From the NCBI GenBank assembly GCA_047495785.1, contig JBLDXI010000050.1, positions 248,001 to 312,000 of the forward strand: DNA of 64,000 bases. The letters run 5' to 3'. Of this stretch, positions 1-14,000 are shown one piece after another (within the stretch, counting starts at the first letter, position 1; each line of letters begins with the position of its first letter). The notes under the pieces are model-generated. The model ran no database searches, was not told the DNA's origin, and worked only from the letters and a program-made list of their open reading frames with translations. Position numbers and translations under genes: made by a program. This DNA comes from Lepidodermella squamata. Taxonomy: Eukaryota; Animalia; Gastrotricha.

Positions 1-176
1 AATAGGTACTTTAGGACTGATGGAGTAATAGGACTTTATAAGGTATATAGTAAGGACTTTATATAGTAAGGACTTTATTCGGGTAAGGGAGAGGCTTATG
101 GTCAGGTTAGGACTATGGTTAGGCACGGCTACGGCTTTGAGGTTTTAAAGACTAAGAAAGTGACTAGGGCTATGCA

Positions 177-292
177 TTAGGGTTTCAGTTGAGGTTAGGC
201 TTAGGGTTCGGCTTAGGGTTCGGCTAAGGACTAGGGTTTAGGGTTAAGGTTAGGGTTAGGGTTAGGGCGAGGGGTGTGGGGTGTGGGGTGTG
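177..292 (+). repeat. Degenerate (TTAGGG)n telomere-like / G-rich tract inside an intron
   Basis: ttagggtttcag...cttagggttcggcttaggg...ggttagggttagggttagggc followed by (ggggtgt)n. Confidence 0.75.
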
Positions 293-403
293 TTGATGGA
301 GCCTAATCTGACATCTAGGATATGAGTGCAAAATACCGGACCGAAATTCGACCTTCTTTCACGCAACCTGGTTACGATGATAATTGCCAATTTATTAGCT
401 TAC

Positions 404-2180
404 TTGTGCATTCCAAACACTGCCATATTGCCAGATTGAAGCAAGTCGTATTGACATACCATTTTCCGCTATCGAGGCCGGCCCTCTCATGAATTGTGTA
501 TCTATCATCAATGAAGACAGTTTATTTTCGAAAAATCTTCCTCAATCAAAAAGAAAATACCGCAGTTGATGATGTTTATCGACAGCGATGCATTGTATGC
601 CCACGGAAGGCCTGAGTTCACGCTATTGATAGATGACGGGTATCCAATAGCTGGAGAGATAAATAAATAGAAAATTTTAAATAAACAACTTGAATTATCT
701 CTTATTAATTTTCGAGTTTGAGAGTAAGTTACATAATTTTTAGGTCCCGCAGAAAGATATCGCACGAAAAAGTATACACTTACTTGCGATACATTGTTGA
801 TAGAGAACCAATGCGAAGTCGTAAGTAATATAGCTTTCATTGAAAAATTTGATGCACGCAATATCACCAGCAAAACCAGCGGGTCCAACATCAGTGCTAC
901 ATAAATCGAATGATAAAAATTTCAACGGATAAACTGATATATATTTGCTTACCTTTTCCCGATTACGAGGTCAAGCCGCACGTTAGGTAGAGCCCAGTTT
1001 TCAGTCGTTTTGACGCTAAGCGAGCCAGCTCCGCCTCCAGCCATAGCGAGATTAACACTAGTGCTACTAACACAGGAAAACAGGACCAGGGTCCATTTTT
1101 GAGGGTCTGTTATGTTGAGATTTACAGACAACCGTTCCGACCCTCGCAACAGAACTATTTGCTGCAATTTCGAATCATAAGCTATCGTCGTGCCATTCTT
1201 GTTTGTCGCATCGATTGTCCAAATCAACCCAGGCGAGCTGAATCGGATCAAGACACCTAAGCTCCATTGTTGGCTGCCCTTGCCGGGAATTCGCGATGCT
1301 ACCAATCGAGAGTCATTTTTGAAAGAATAAGCGCCCTTCCCGACAATCGAAGCATTGACTACGACATCTAGAGTGTTCCCTCCACCAGTTAACGGTTCAA
1401 GGTATGTATCACTTGTCAGAGGCCAGTAAGCTCTGAGATTCGATTGCCCACTTCCACCAGCCCGTTTGTTGCAATCGAATTCGGTCAAATCTGGTATGAA
1501 CTTCCCATTCAAGCAGGTTGCTTGTCTATAGGCCCCCGAGTTACACATCGCTCTGATCACAGTATAGTTTGGATAGTCGATGTTAGGTAACTTGGCTTTG
1601 CCAGGCTGCCATGTTGTTTCAGAATCGTTACTGACGAAAAATTGACTACCAGAAATCGTATTCACATTGATGTTACAGCTGTTCACCTTGGTTCCAGGAT
1701 ATTCTAGAATTGAGGGAAATAAGACGAGTTTATCAGTGTGCGAAGTAGGATCCAGGAGCTGAGATGTTTTCTATAGCAAGTTTCTAGCACCCAGCCGAAG
1801 TAATTAAATGGTCGCCCCTGTGGTTTTTGAGCCTTCCTCTGTTTGGGGTCCTAGAGCTTAGGTGTACTTCGCACCCTGTTTATCATGATAGTTTTGAACT
1901 CACGAAAATCAGCGCATCGATCGATCTGCCTGGACCAATATCCATTATCTAGGCATTTAATTGATGTAACGTTGGATGAACAATTCAGCTGCATGATGAT
2001 CCCATATTTGAACCAAGCTGATGTATTTGCAGGTAATGAAATTGATTTCGTGAGAAAGTTATAGCCGTAGTTGACTGTCATTATGCTTGCATCGATGGTT
2101 CCGTTCCATCGGCATTGCTCGAGAGCGTGAATTTTTACGGAAGCGCAAAAGATTATCACAAAAGTAGTCGCCAGAAACAT
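404..2180 (-). CDS. Array copy 1 (last exon outside window): CCP-like x2 / LamG-like / L-lectin-like surface glycoprotein
   Basis: Exon 1 2180-1904 (MFLATT..CRWNGT..KCLDNGYW), exon 2 1703-953 (LRAYWPLTSD), small exons with FAGDIACIKFFN, LPWAYNASLSINI and MRGPASIAENGMSIRLASIWQYGSVWNAQ|gtaag at 404. Close paralog of 3893-7100. Confidence 0.8.
1734..1878. mobile_element. MITE in intron 1 of array copy 1
   Basis: TIRs cagtgtgcgaagta / tacttcgcaccctg, flanked by tttat on both sides. Absent from the equivalent intron of copy 2. Related copy at 43574-43707. Confidence 0.75.
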
Positions 2181-3287
2181 TTTTGCAGGAAATGAGGGAG
2201 ATCTCACGAAATCTAGAGCTTTTTACGAAATTCTAACGATTTGTTTGCAATTGCATGCAATTACTAGGTGAATGTCACGCATCCGTGCCACTTATCTGGG
2301 CACATTTCAAATCAGGTAGCTTTAAACAACTGGTTTTCAAATGCCGGCGGAACCTCGTATTGCAGCGCTGCAGTAGCGCCGGGTAAATAAATTGTACAGA
2401 TTTGTGCACGCACGAAGAAGGGTTGAATACAGAGCTCCCTCGTTAATAGAACTCCCTAGTTTGTAGACCGTAATTTTGGACCCCGCAAAATCAGTTGTTA
2501 AAATAATAATAATTATCTGATCAATTAAAAAAATTAAGTGTGAAAATGTAAGCGTTCCTGGAAACCTAGCCGCTCGTTGTCGTGGTTTTGAGAGATGCAA
2601 TTTTTTTAAGTTCAGTAGAAACAAGTTTTGAGATCATCAGTGCATTAAGCTGTATTCATGACTTTGATTATGCAACAGTGGATTAGTGAAGGAGCCACTT
2701 TTCTTGAACTCAAAATTAAAAACGTATTCTATATTCTATACAAAATCTTATACAATATATTCTATTTTCTATACAATATAATCGGGAATAGGTGAGTCTG
2801 AAAGAGTGATCTTTCCAAGCTTCAAGCTCCACGTGACAACTAGACCCTGAATACGAGACCTTCTGATGTTGGAGGTTCATATTCTCAGGAGGTTCATTAT
2901 TATCCATTGGACGCTCGTTTAATCAGCAACTACGTAGAAATCAAGCCGACCCATATCGGTCGCTGCTCCAATGTTGAACGGAAAGTTTCAGTCGATTTTC
3001 GGATCGAAAAGTCTATTTGAGATTAATTATTGAAAATTAGCATTTTCCGAGATTTTCTGAAACTTGAATATTTAGACGGACATCTTTCATAATTGTTCAA
3101 GCTAACGGAAGAGAGCTCAACGGTAGACTTCTTTGGACCAGTATCGAAGCCGAGGCATTTTATCTCATTGATATTCAAGGTTCCATTCAGCTCCAAGATT
3201 AGGCGAACTTAGAAACACATTGATGGCTTTGCTGGAAGTGAGAAAGATTTAGTAAAGAAGTTGGAGCCGGAGAGCGAAGTACCGCTA

Positions 3288-3415
3288 AGGATGGTAGGGA
3301 TCATCCCTACCAGTTCCATCGGTCCGTAGGGTGAGCTCAGTGAAAGACCATAAGGTCGTTTATGTCGTTTTTCGTTATCCCTACCAGTTCTACTTCGCTG
3401 TCCTACTTCGCTCAA
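3288..3415. repeat. Dispersed repeat family member
   Basis: ggatggtagggatcatccctaccagttccatcggtc...gtcctacttc also at ~43390-43510 and, reverse-complemented and shorter, at ~58015-58065. Confidence 0.6.
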
Positions 3416-3892
3416 TGGTTGGAGCCGTAACTCAAAGTCATCAAGTTCACATCTACGGCTCCATTCCATCGGAATCTTCAGCAGCGACGATGAAAACCCG
3501 GCCGAGGAAAGTCCATGAAACCATGAATGGGAGTATCATTTTAGTTTCCTTTCCTTCTTCAATGAAAAAGGCATAAGGGCTAGAGACATTTTAATGATGT
3601 GTTTGTTATTTTTCAAGATTCAGGTTCAAGTCGTACCAGAACGATTTGACAAGCACGGCTGTCGAATGCATGAGAGATAATATGAACAAGTAATTAAATA
3701 TACTAATTAAATTATTTTCAAAAATAGAATGAACTTGGAAGAAATGCCCTATAAATTGAAACAATTCCATGAAAAATTGAATTTTGGAAAAAGCTGTTTA
3801 TTTTTTTCCACCACAAATGTCAAACTTGTGGAAGCAAAATACCCACAAATCTAACTTTGAATGGATTACAATTTTATGAATGAAATAGCAAG

Positions 3893-6800
3893 TCACTTCA
3901 CGGCAATCATCAAAACAACTAATAATAGGAAATTGACATCGAGATTGTTCGCTTTCGATTTCGGCCGACTCTCTGATGCTTTGACAGTAGCTCGTATTTC
4001 TTTGTCGATTTTGCCGGGTGAAGTTACGGTTGCTTTAACTTCGGAAGGAGGATAGTCCATTTTGACTAAATCGACCTTACCGAGTCGACTCAGGCTTATT
4101 CCTGATAGCAACTCACCAACTTTTGTCTTCAGTTGACTCACAACCACCGAAACTTTGGCCGCAATTTGATCCTCAGTCAATTGGGTCAAACTCCTCAGGG
4201 CCACAATGTAATCGGCTATAATACTGCCCTTTCTGAAGTTCACGATCTCAACGCTTTGAATTGACCCATTTATCGTCTGAGCCGTTGAAGCCATAATTTT
4301 CTCGATTGCCGGTAGCATGAACTGACTTAGGGCTTTGAATGTATTCGAATTCGAGTCATCCAACGCTTTATCCCATGGTTCTGTCGAGACAACAAGATTC
4401 GAGGCTGGAATAGTCAAATTCTCCCCGGTTATACTCATATTCATCAGTAGCCGATAAGAAAAAGCCAGAGATCCAGGTAGGTTCTTAGTTGACGATTGAG
4501 GGCTGATAGTCGTAGGGCTCTCTGTTTTAAAAGATGATCTCTCACTTGTGAAAGTCGTAGATACCTTGTTGGTTGTAGTTAAGTACTTTTCACTCGGTGT
4601 TATGGGGGTAGATGTGTCCAAGGTAGTGATTACGGCAGTTGTAAATGTAGTTGGAGAAGTAGGTGGAGAAGTATAGATTGACGACGTTGAAGTTGTAGTT
4701 GTAGATGTAGATGTAGAACTGGTTGTACTTGAATCGTTTTCATAGGAATAGAATTTCACCTGATATAGGTATACAATGCTTTGCGACGGGACAGTGTCGA
4801 TCAAAAAGTACGCCCCTATACCATGTCGCAAACTTTCATCAATGTCGTGAAAATTCGGAATATCTTTCTGGAATACCAGATTTGCAGTTCCATTGCTTTG
4901 GCAATAAACTCGGAACGCGGTCCCAATCTTTTCGATGGTCAACATCTCCGCAGCTCTTGGATGGGCGCATTCAGGGATAGCCTCAGCCGCGATTTGAGTA
5001 TTAGAAAACTTGTCCGCGGTAGATGCAGCTGATAGCGTGAAATTGCCAAGTTTCAAACGCCACTGGACAACTAAGCCGGAGATTTTTGACCATTTGACGT
5101 TGTACATATTATCGGTAGTATCTGTTTTAAACAGGTCGATACTTGCTTGATCGGCTAGAATGTAGAAATCAAGTCGGCCAAATTCAGAAGTTGATGCAAG
5201 ATAGAACTGAATATTCCAGTCAATTCTTGGGCTGAAAGTCTGTACATGATTTAAAATAAACACACAGCTTTTAAAAATTGGAGAGTAAATAATAGGCGAT
5301 GAATAGCTTTGGGCATGGTTAGGGTTAGGGTTTGATGAAGTTAACTTGAAAGCTGAGGGGGTACTAAAACTGTTAGGGTTAGGGTTGGGACGAGGGCAGC
5401 TGTGAACCTAGTTTAGCCAATCAGTGAGCTTACTTCTGAATTCCAAACGCTGCCGTATTGCCCGGCTGAAGTAAGTCGTATTGACATACCATTCTCCGCT
5501 ATCGCAGCGGGCCCTCTCAGGTATTGTGTATCTACCATCAATGGAAAAAGTTCATTTTAAAGAATCGTCCTAATTTGAAGAGACAATACTGAAGTTGGCA
5601 ACGTTTATCGACAGCGATTCGTTGTATGCCCACGGGAGGCCTGAGTTCGCACTGTTGAAAGAGGACGGGTATCTGACAGCTAAAGAAACAGAAATGAATA
5701 GAAAATCTTAGAATTTGAATTTGATAGGATGCGAGTATAAATATTAAGATACTCAAATCTCCTCCCGTGTAAGATTTATGAATTTCTGTAGTTTCAAGAG
5801 ATTTATTAAATTGCAGGAATCGGTTACGCAGAACAAACTGAACTTACTTGCAACGCATTGTTAATAAAGAACCAGTGGGAAGTCGAATGTAGCGTAGGTG
5901 TAGCCCGCATTGAAAAATTTAATGCACGCAATATCACCAGCGAAACCAGCGGGCCCAGCATCAGTCCTATTGAAATCGAATAAAATTGAGATTTTCAACC
6001 TCAATAGACTCGTGCTTACTTTTTCCCGATTATAAGGTCAACCTGCGAGTTGGGTAGGGCCCAGTTTTCGGTTGTTTTGATGTTAATCGAGCCAACTCCA
6101 CCTCCGGCCATAGCGACAATCACGCTAGTATTGCTAACACAGGAGAATAGGACCAGGGTCCATTTCTGAGGGTCCGTTATGTTGAGATTCACAGACAATC
6201 TCTCAGTCCCACGCCATAGAACGATTTGCTGCAATTTTGAATCATAACCTATCGTCGTGTCATTCTCGGCTTTCGCATCAATTGTCCAAATCAACCCGGG
6301 TGAGCTGAATCGGATCAAGATTCCTAAGCTCCATTGTTGGCTGTTCTTGCCGGGTATTCCTAATGCGGTCATTCGCGAGTCATTTTTGAACGAATAAGCC
6401 CCTTTTCCTACAGCCGTAGTATTTACCACAACATCAAGACTACTCACCCCCCTGGTTAGGGGTCTAAGGTATGTATCACTTGTCAGAGGCCAATAAGCCT
6501 TTAGGTTCGATTGTCCACTCCCACCAGCCCGTTCGTTGCAATTGAAATTGGTCAAATCGGGTATAAATTTGCCATTTAGGCATGTTGTTTGGCGATAGGC
6601 TCCCGAGTCGCACATCGCCCTAATCACTGTGTAGTTTGGATAGTCGATATCGGGTAATTTCGGTTGACCAGGCTGCCATGTTGTTTCGGAATCGTTACTC
6701 ACGAAAAACGTATCTCCAGGAATTGTATCCACATTGATTCTACAGCTTTTCACGACAGTTCCAAGATATTCTAGAATTTTACGGAATAAATATGATTTTA

Positions 6801-7100
6801 CGATATGTAGCATGTGAGCTCACGAAAGTCAGCACATCGATCGAAGCGCCTGGACCAATATCCATTATCCAGGCATTTAATCGAAGTCGTGTTCGATGGA
6901 CAATTCAGCTGCATGATGATGCCATATTTGAACCACGCTGTTGTGTTTGCAAGTTGTGAACTCGATTTCGTGAGAAAGCTGTAGCCGTAGCGTACTGTCA
7001 TAATGCTTGCATCGGTGGTTCCGTTCCACCGACATTGTTCGAAAGCTTGAATTCCAGCTGAAAAGCAGAATATTATCAATGCAGTTACCGCAGGAAACAT
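3893..7100 (-). CDS. Array copy 2: SP-CCP-like x2-LamG-like-L-lectin-like-S/T stalk-SEA-GPI/hydrophobic tail
   Basis: ORFs 6798-7100, 6016-6813 and 3893-5263 plus three small exons, bounded by GT-AG sites. SEA motif FRKGSIIADY, Thr/Ser-rich stalk, C-terminal FLLLVVLMIAVK. Confidence 0.85.
5317..5390 (+). repeat. Short TTAGGG tracts in the last intron of copy 2
   Basis: ggttagggttaggg and gttagggttagggttggg. Same intron as the tract at 177-292 in copy 1. Confidence 0.65.
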
Positions 7101-7453
7101 TGCTGAAAATGATAGAGATCTTACAATGATGTATAGTGTTCTGTGAGAAGTTCTAACGATTTGTTTGCAATTGCATGCAATTACTAGAATATCACGCCTG
7201 CATGCCGCGAATCTGGGCTAGAAAAGCCAAAGCGAAGTTAAAAAAATCAAGTCGTAAAAGGAATAACCAAAGCTCCAAAACTTGAAGGTTGACTTGAATA
7301 CTGCCTCTGATATCTCTAGTATCGGCAAATCTTCACCTGGAAACCAAAACAAACTGCTTCTCTTAAGCTGAAGAAAATCATGTTGCGAACTGAACCTTAA
7401 AATAATTCAATAGTATAGCAAAACGGTTTTATTCATGATATTCATGATATTCA

Positions 7454-10400
7454 TTAATACGCAGCGAGTGAGATAAGAAAGAAGATTGTCAAGTTTCGAA
7501 ATTCCATGATGCTGCTCGCACGGTTAGTTGAACTGCTTTTATCAACAGGTTTTTTGGCTGAATTATCCGATGGTCTTGTAACAAGTTCGTCGATCTTTCG
7601 AATTTCAACAGAACCTAATCGCGACGCTTCAAGTCCGTTTGCCAGTTTCGCGTTGACCATTTCTTTTATTTTACGCACAGCCGTCGCGACTTTAGCCGCG
7701 ATCTCACTCTCGGTCAGTTGCGTCAAACTCCTCAAGGCTACAATGTAGTCAGCAATGATGCTACCCTTGCGGAAACCAGTTACTTTCACCCATAGAACCT
7801 CGCAATTCAACAGTGCACAAGACTCGTCAGATTGCTGTCGAATCGCTGGCAGCATGAAGTCGGCCAAAGCGGTGAAATTCGGCGAGCCAGGTTGATCTAA
7901 GCTCGTATCCCAGGGCTGGGAGGAAATTATGAGATTGGAAGGTGGAATTATGATTACATCGCCAGTTATCGTCATATTCATGTCTAGGTTGTAGGTGTAG
8001 ATCGTTTTAGAAGCATCTAAAGCTTTGTCGGGCAAGGTTACGACCGTAGTAGATATCGCAGAGTTCGAAACAGGGCTACTTGTAGTACTTGTACTAGTGC
8101 TGGTTCTAACAAGGGTGTTCATGTAAAATTTGACTTGATCCAAATACGCCTGGGTCTTGATAGGAAGTGGATGTAACTGATACTGAGCGTATATCCCCAT
8201 GATTATATCATCAGCTATCGCGTTGAATGGGCTGACATCTGCCGATATTACAGTTTCGATGGCGTTTGAGGTTTGACAGAACACGGTTAGGTTCGTCCCG
8301 ACCTTTTCTAGAATAATCGCCTGAGGGGAACACATATTGGGCACATTAACTGCCGGTACCATAGATGCAACAGGCACCGGGGTGCCAGAGTATTGAATCT
8401 CGTAATACCCAGTTTTGGACCGGCGAAAAAACATTCCAACGAATGAGTCCATTTTCACGTTGAATGCCCTAGCTGCACTAGAGCCATTTGTTATGTCGAC
8501 AGAGGTTGGGACTGCGGCAAACCAAACTTCGAAATCAACGTTGTCGGGATCTATTGAAATATGGAATTCAGCACGGAATTCGACCGGTGCTCTGAAAGAC
8601 TGGACACAAAAACATTTTACAATAATTCAAAAGGGAAAACAATTATTTGCAAGCTTTAAAGAAACTTCATCAGAAAATCGCAATTCCTACTCCACCCATC
8701 TTGCAAGAGCAAATAGCCTCGAATTCTATTTCTTCAGTGTGGTGTATTCCATTTTTCCATCCTAAATCTTAAATTCACCGGAATCAAGTACGAATCGATA
8801 TAAGGAGTGAAAAGCGCCGATCAAATTCAGTTTTGAGCAGTTTGTTCAGTATCCAATGTCCAGTACATTTTCTAAGGTTATATTTCTCCCCTCCTAACTC
8901 CTAAGTATTGGTCGTAGGACTTACCAAGGGAGTCCACACTACTCCCTGTTGACCCATCGCAGCCAGTCGCATTGTCAAACCGTTTCTCGTTAACGTCGCC
9001 GCCCCTCGGCGGTAAAGTTTATCTTCCATTAAAACCGAAATAATGATAGAAAAATAACAAATCTGTTTCAACTTACGGAAGTCGGCAATGTGTATCGACA
9101 AATCGTCGGCGTACCTCCACACGCAATCCTTGCAAGCATTCGCTGTTGCAACAGTCGATGAAACAGCTGAGGGAAAATAAATAGAAAATTCTTAAACTTT
9201 CTTCTCGAACAAACCTGCATTACACTGCCTTGCTAGCACATCAGCTGAATTTTGATCGGAATAGTACAAATTGAACATCATGAGACAAGAAACAGCCCCG
9301 GAGGCAGTTGATCTAAAAAATGACAGAAATATTTGAAATATCGAAGTTACTTAACTCACGATTCGCCTAGGCTGATAAGAACTCCGGTATTTGGAATTGT
9401 CCCGTCTCCGGCTTTGGTTACGATTTTGGCGAAATCCCTACCTAATCCTAATCCACTCACGGCAAGTGAAACAGTAGCCGTTTTTGCATCATGGCCAATC
9501 AAATACAGTACCCAGCCGTTGGTATTCCCGAAACTGCTATCGTTGAAAGATGAGACGTTGCCCTGAAGGTTGACAGCTACCGTACGAAAGCCAACTGATA
9601 CTTTATTAACGAAATTTCCGAATGACATCTTGACCAAATCGCCTCGAAAGTCGCCCCTAGCAAGTACTGCAATAGACCAGGCTGTGCCGTTGATCTGTGG
9701 TACTTCTCCTGAACTGCTTAGCCAACCACCATTCGGCCCGCCCACCTTATACCCAGTTTGCGAAAAGCTTCCTATTGGAGGTGAAAGAGCTGATCTATTT
9801 TGTGAAGTGAAAGCAGGGGTGTTTGGAGTAAGCGCTCTCAGAAATGTGTCTGCTGTCAACGGCCAATAACCTGTCAGTAGTGAAGTAGGTCCAGTTTTAA
9901 ATGTCGGTGCGCCACAATAGAAATAAGCTGGATTCGGGAGAAATTCGCCGTTGATACAGGTCGACTGGATGTAAGCTCCATTCGCGCAATAATCTCTAAC
10001 CATAGCATTTCTACCAAGTGTTTTGAACGACCCGGAAACGTCATTCCAGTTCGTTTCGTGATCACCGCTGATTTTATACTTGTGATCCGTTTTCATATCC
10101 ATAGGCCAGTCGCACGTTTGATTGGCCATGTATCTCGCCGTTTCTGCAAGTTGGAATGCTTCAGGAATTTTCGAACAATTTTGTCAAATTTACCAAAGTC
10201 TGAGCACGTGCTGACGCTTCTCGTCCAATAGCCACTGTCCAAGCATTTTGTCGTGCTAGCAGTTGAGTTAGCAAGGCAAGTCACCATAACAAGTGTTCCC
10301 AGGTCGAAGATATTAGTGCTTGCCGGGGAGAATTGCTCCCAATTGTTTATGTAAGTGTTTATTCTTACAGTTTGTATTCCCGCAGAAGTCACGTTCCACG

Positions 10401-10470
10401 TGCAAACTTCTGTTGGCTGAGCTGTGCAAGCGGTTACGCCTGCTATAAGGGCAGCAAGTCTTGCTAGCAT
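7454..10470 (-). CDS. Array copy 3 surface glycoprotein
   Basis: MLARLAALIAG signal, in-frame intron 10144-10193, LTGYWPLT, RRGAATLTRNGLTMRLAAMGQQGVVWTPL|gt, last exon from 8599 with FRKGSII and hydrophobic tail. Confidence 0.85.
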
Positions 10471-11056
10471 TTCAACGGAATTTAAACGGAATCCACTATA
10501 TTCGCCCGGATTTTTCTGAGAATACCGGTTAGCCCACGCTTTGTTAATTTAACAAACGAGTTGACAAACAAAACGGGTTCGTGAGAATTTCAATTGCCTT
10601 TCTGCGTAATCGATTTTTGAACCGTTTGGGAGGGCAATACGGAGCATTTGAAAAGCATGGACATGATGCATTTTGAAAATAAATGGAAAGCTAAGAAAAA
10701 TGGTTCAAATTGGAACAAAAAGTTAACGAGCAGTCAACAATTATTCCGGAATTGGACGCTTTTCCGAGCGAAACCAACAAAGTATACCTATAAATAGAAA
10801 AACTGGTAAACTGCACATTATGGATTCTTTGATACTGCTCTGTTCTGGAGGCTTGACACAGTCAGATACACAGTCAGTTAAGCACCTGTTACAAAAAAAT
10901 TCGATGAATAGTTCTTTCATGGGAATTGGACATATCGAAACCAAATGTTCCCATTGGAGCAACCTCGATAAATTGAGAAATGCAAAGAGAGAACTAGAGG
11001 AAAAAAAGCTTTTATTCAGAATTTAACATTAAGCTTACATTCGAGATATAAATTAT

Positions 11057-14000
11057 TCATATAAAAAAAGCAACAAATGAGATCAGAAGTAGAATTTCTC
11101 CTATCAAGTCTTGCAACTTCAGGATACGGTTCGCACCATTTTTTGATTTAACATTGTTCACACCATCATTTACGGGTTGTTTGGTTGCTGCTCCTACCGT
11201 TGGACCTGTAACAAAAACTTCTGGCCCGTCGATCTTCCGAATCGATGCAGCACCTAATCGCGATGCTTCGAGCCCACCTGCAAGTTTCGCGTTAGCTGTT
11301 TCTCTCAATTTCTCCGTTGCTATCGCGACTTTTGCGGCAATTTCGCTCTCGGTCAGCTGCGTCAAACTTCTCAAGGCCACGATGTAGTCTGAAATAATGC
11401 TACCCTTTCGAAAGCCAGTGATCTCCAACGAAAGAACCTCACAGTTCAACAGCTCACAGGTCTTTTCAGAATGTTGTCGAATTACTGGCAACATGAAGTC
11501 GGCTAAAGCGGTGAAATTTGGTGAGCCAGGTTGATCTAAGCTTGTGTCCCACGGCTCGGCCAAAATCGTTAGGTTGACTGATGGAATTACGATTGAATCG
11601 CCGGTTATTGTCAAATTCATGTCTAACTTGTATGTAGTAGTGGCCCTAGAAGTCGCAATGGTGGGAGTCTCACGAGTCGACGGTAGGATCGTAGCAGAAG
11701 TTTGGGCTGTACTGGCAGCAGTATTAGTATTGCTAGTGGTACTAGTAGTACCCGCAGTAGTAATAGGGCCGTTCGTGTAAAATTTGACATGATGCAAATA
11801 GGCCTGTGTCTGAATAGGAAGTACATGAGCGTAGTACTGAGCGTATACCCCCATGACTATATCATCAGTAATCGTGTTGAATGGCCCGATATCCGCCGAT
11901 GCCAAGGTTGTGATCTTGGCGTCGACGGTTGCACAGTACACTGTTAGGTTAGTCCCGACCTTTTCTATAACAATCACTTCAGGGATGCACTTAGGTTTGG
12001 TCACATTAGCTGCCGGTACCAGAGATGTAACTGCCATTGGGGAGTCAGAGTATTGAATCTCGTTGTACCCAGATTTTGACAAACGAACAAACATTCCGGC
12101 AAATGAGCCCATTTTAACGTTAAAAGCTCTTGCTTCACTAGAGCCCTTTGTCAGGTCGATTGAGGTTGGGCTAGCGGCAAACCAGAATTCCAAATCAGCA
12201 TTGTCGAAATCGATTGAAACATGGTATTCCACTCGAAAATCGATCGATGCTCTGAAAGTCTAAAAAATATCAATAAGATACACAATTTCCAAAATTCCAT
12301 TTAATATTCTCAGATCTTAACGCCTATGCTGTAAGCATCTTGGAAGGTGGAAGGGCAATTTTCGTCTAATATCAAATCTTCAAGTAATGAGTAATGAACA
12401 ATTTCAAAATAATTTTCAAGCATCGAATGCTTTCGGGCAGTTTTTCAGTTTAAATAAAATGCTTCGAAATATGCTTCTTCACTGTAAATCTTACTATGGG
12501 TGTCCATACTACGCCTTGTTGACCCATCGCAGCCAGTCGAATCGTCATACCGTTTCTCGTTAGTGTCGCCGCCCCTCGGCGGTAAAGTTTATCTTCCATT
12601 AAAGTCGAGATATTTATAGCCAAAAGCAACTTTTCTAAATTTACGAAAGTTAGCAATGTGTATAGACAAATTTTCGTCGTATGTCCAGGCGCAAGTAGGG
12701 CAAGCAGTTGCAGTTGCAACAAGTGATGACATGGCTGGAAGAAAGTTGAGAGAAAAAGTGAAAATTCTCAAATATCATCGACCTAACCTGCAATACACTG
12801 CTTTGCGAGTATGTCGGATGGCTTTCGATCGGAATAGTAAAAATCGAATGCCATAAAACAAGATATTGACCCAGTGCCAGTGGATCTTAAAAAGAACAAA
12901 AAAATAGCTAGCGAGAGAGTCCATTAGTTCTATTTGAACCATTTCAGTTCATTCTATCTGCTGAACTCTAGTTAAATCATGAGGGAACACTTTCGGAAAG
13001 TGCTTATGAATGATAGTACACACAGCAGAATGAGCGGTTCCGCTCGTAATGAGTAGCAAAACTGAGCTAGTAGTAGCTCTTCGTGGTCCTCAGCTCAAAT
13101 GAACCGCTAAACCGTTAAAGCGCTGACGGTGGCTCAGTGGTTCAGCCTCGGTCTCCCCGGTCGGGAGTTCCCGGTTTCGAATCCAAGTCCGGACCCATTC
13201 TTTTCTGCGCTTTTCCTTTTCATCAGTTCTGCTGTGTGTACTATCAGTCATAAACACTATCCAAAGTGTTCTCTAATACTTGAACAAAAAATGTCAAACA
13301 TTTAACCTCGCTATATAACTTACGATTCTGCAATGGTGATACGAACCCTGGTATTTGGAATCGTCCCGTTTCCGGCAATTGTTACACTTTTGCTGTAATA
13401 ACCGTTCGAACCGCCCAATCCGCCGACGGAGAGTGAGACACTTGCTACTGCTTTCGCATCAAGGCCAACCAAATACAGCATCCAGCCGTCGTACTTCCCA
13501 AAATTGGCATCGGTGAAGGGTGAACCGCTGGGTTCAATTGCGACAGATACCATACCATTGCCAACAGACGTAACGAAATCGAAAGTTCCAGATGAAATCT
13601 TAAACAATTCTCCACGATAAATGCCCCTAGCCAGAACCGCAAACGACCAGGTTGGGCCATAGATTTGCGGGACTTTTCCCGATTCTATAAATAAACTTGC
13701 TTTATTGCTTCCACCTAACTGAAACCCAGTTTCTGAAAAGCCTCCTATTGGAGTTGCTAAAGCTGCTCCATTCCATGGGGTGAAGCTAGCCGTGCCTGGA
13801 GTGAGCGCTCTCAACATAGTGTCTTTAGTCAGCGGCCAAAAAGCTATCAGTTGCGAGGGAGGTTTATCTGCTGGTTCGCCACATGTGAAATTAGTTGGGT
13901 CTGGGAGGAATCGACCATTAATACAGGATGTTTCTAAGTAGGCTCCAGACGGGCAAAATTGTCTAACAATCGCATTCCCATCCTTTCCTTCCAGGTTAGA

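Noticed and set aside
177-292. True chromosome end
   Set aside because: The tract is short, degenerate, intronic and flanked by non-telomeric sequence
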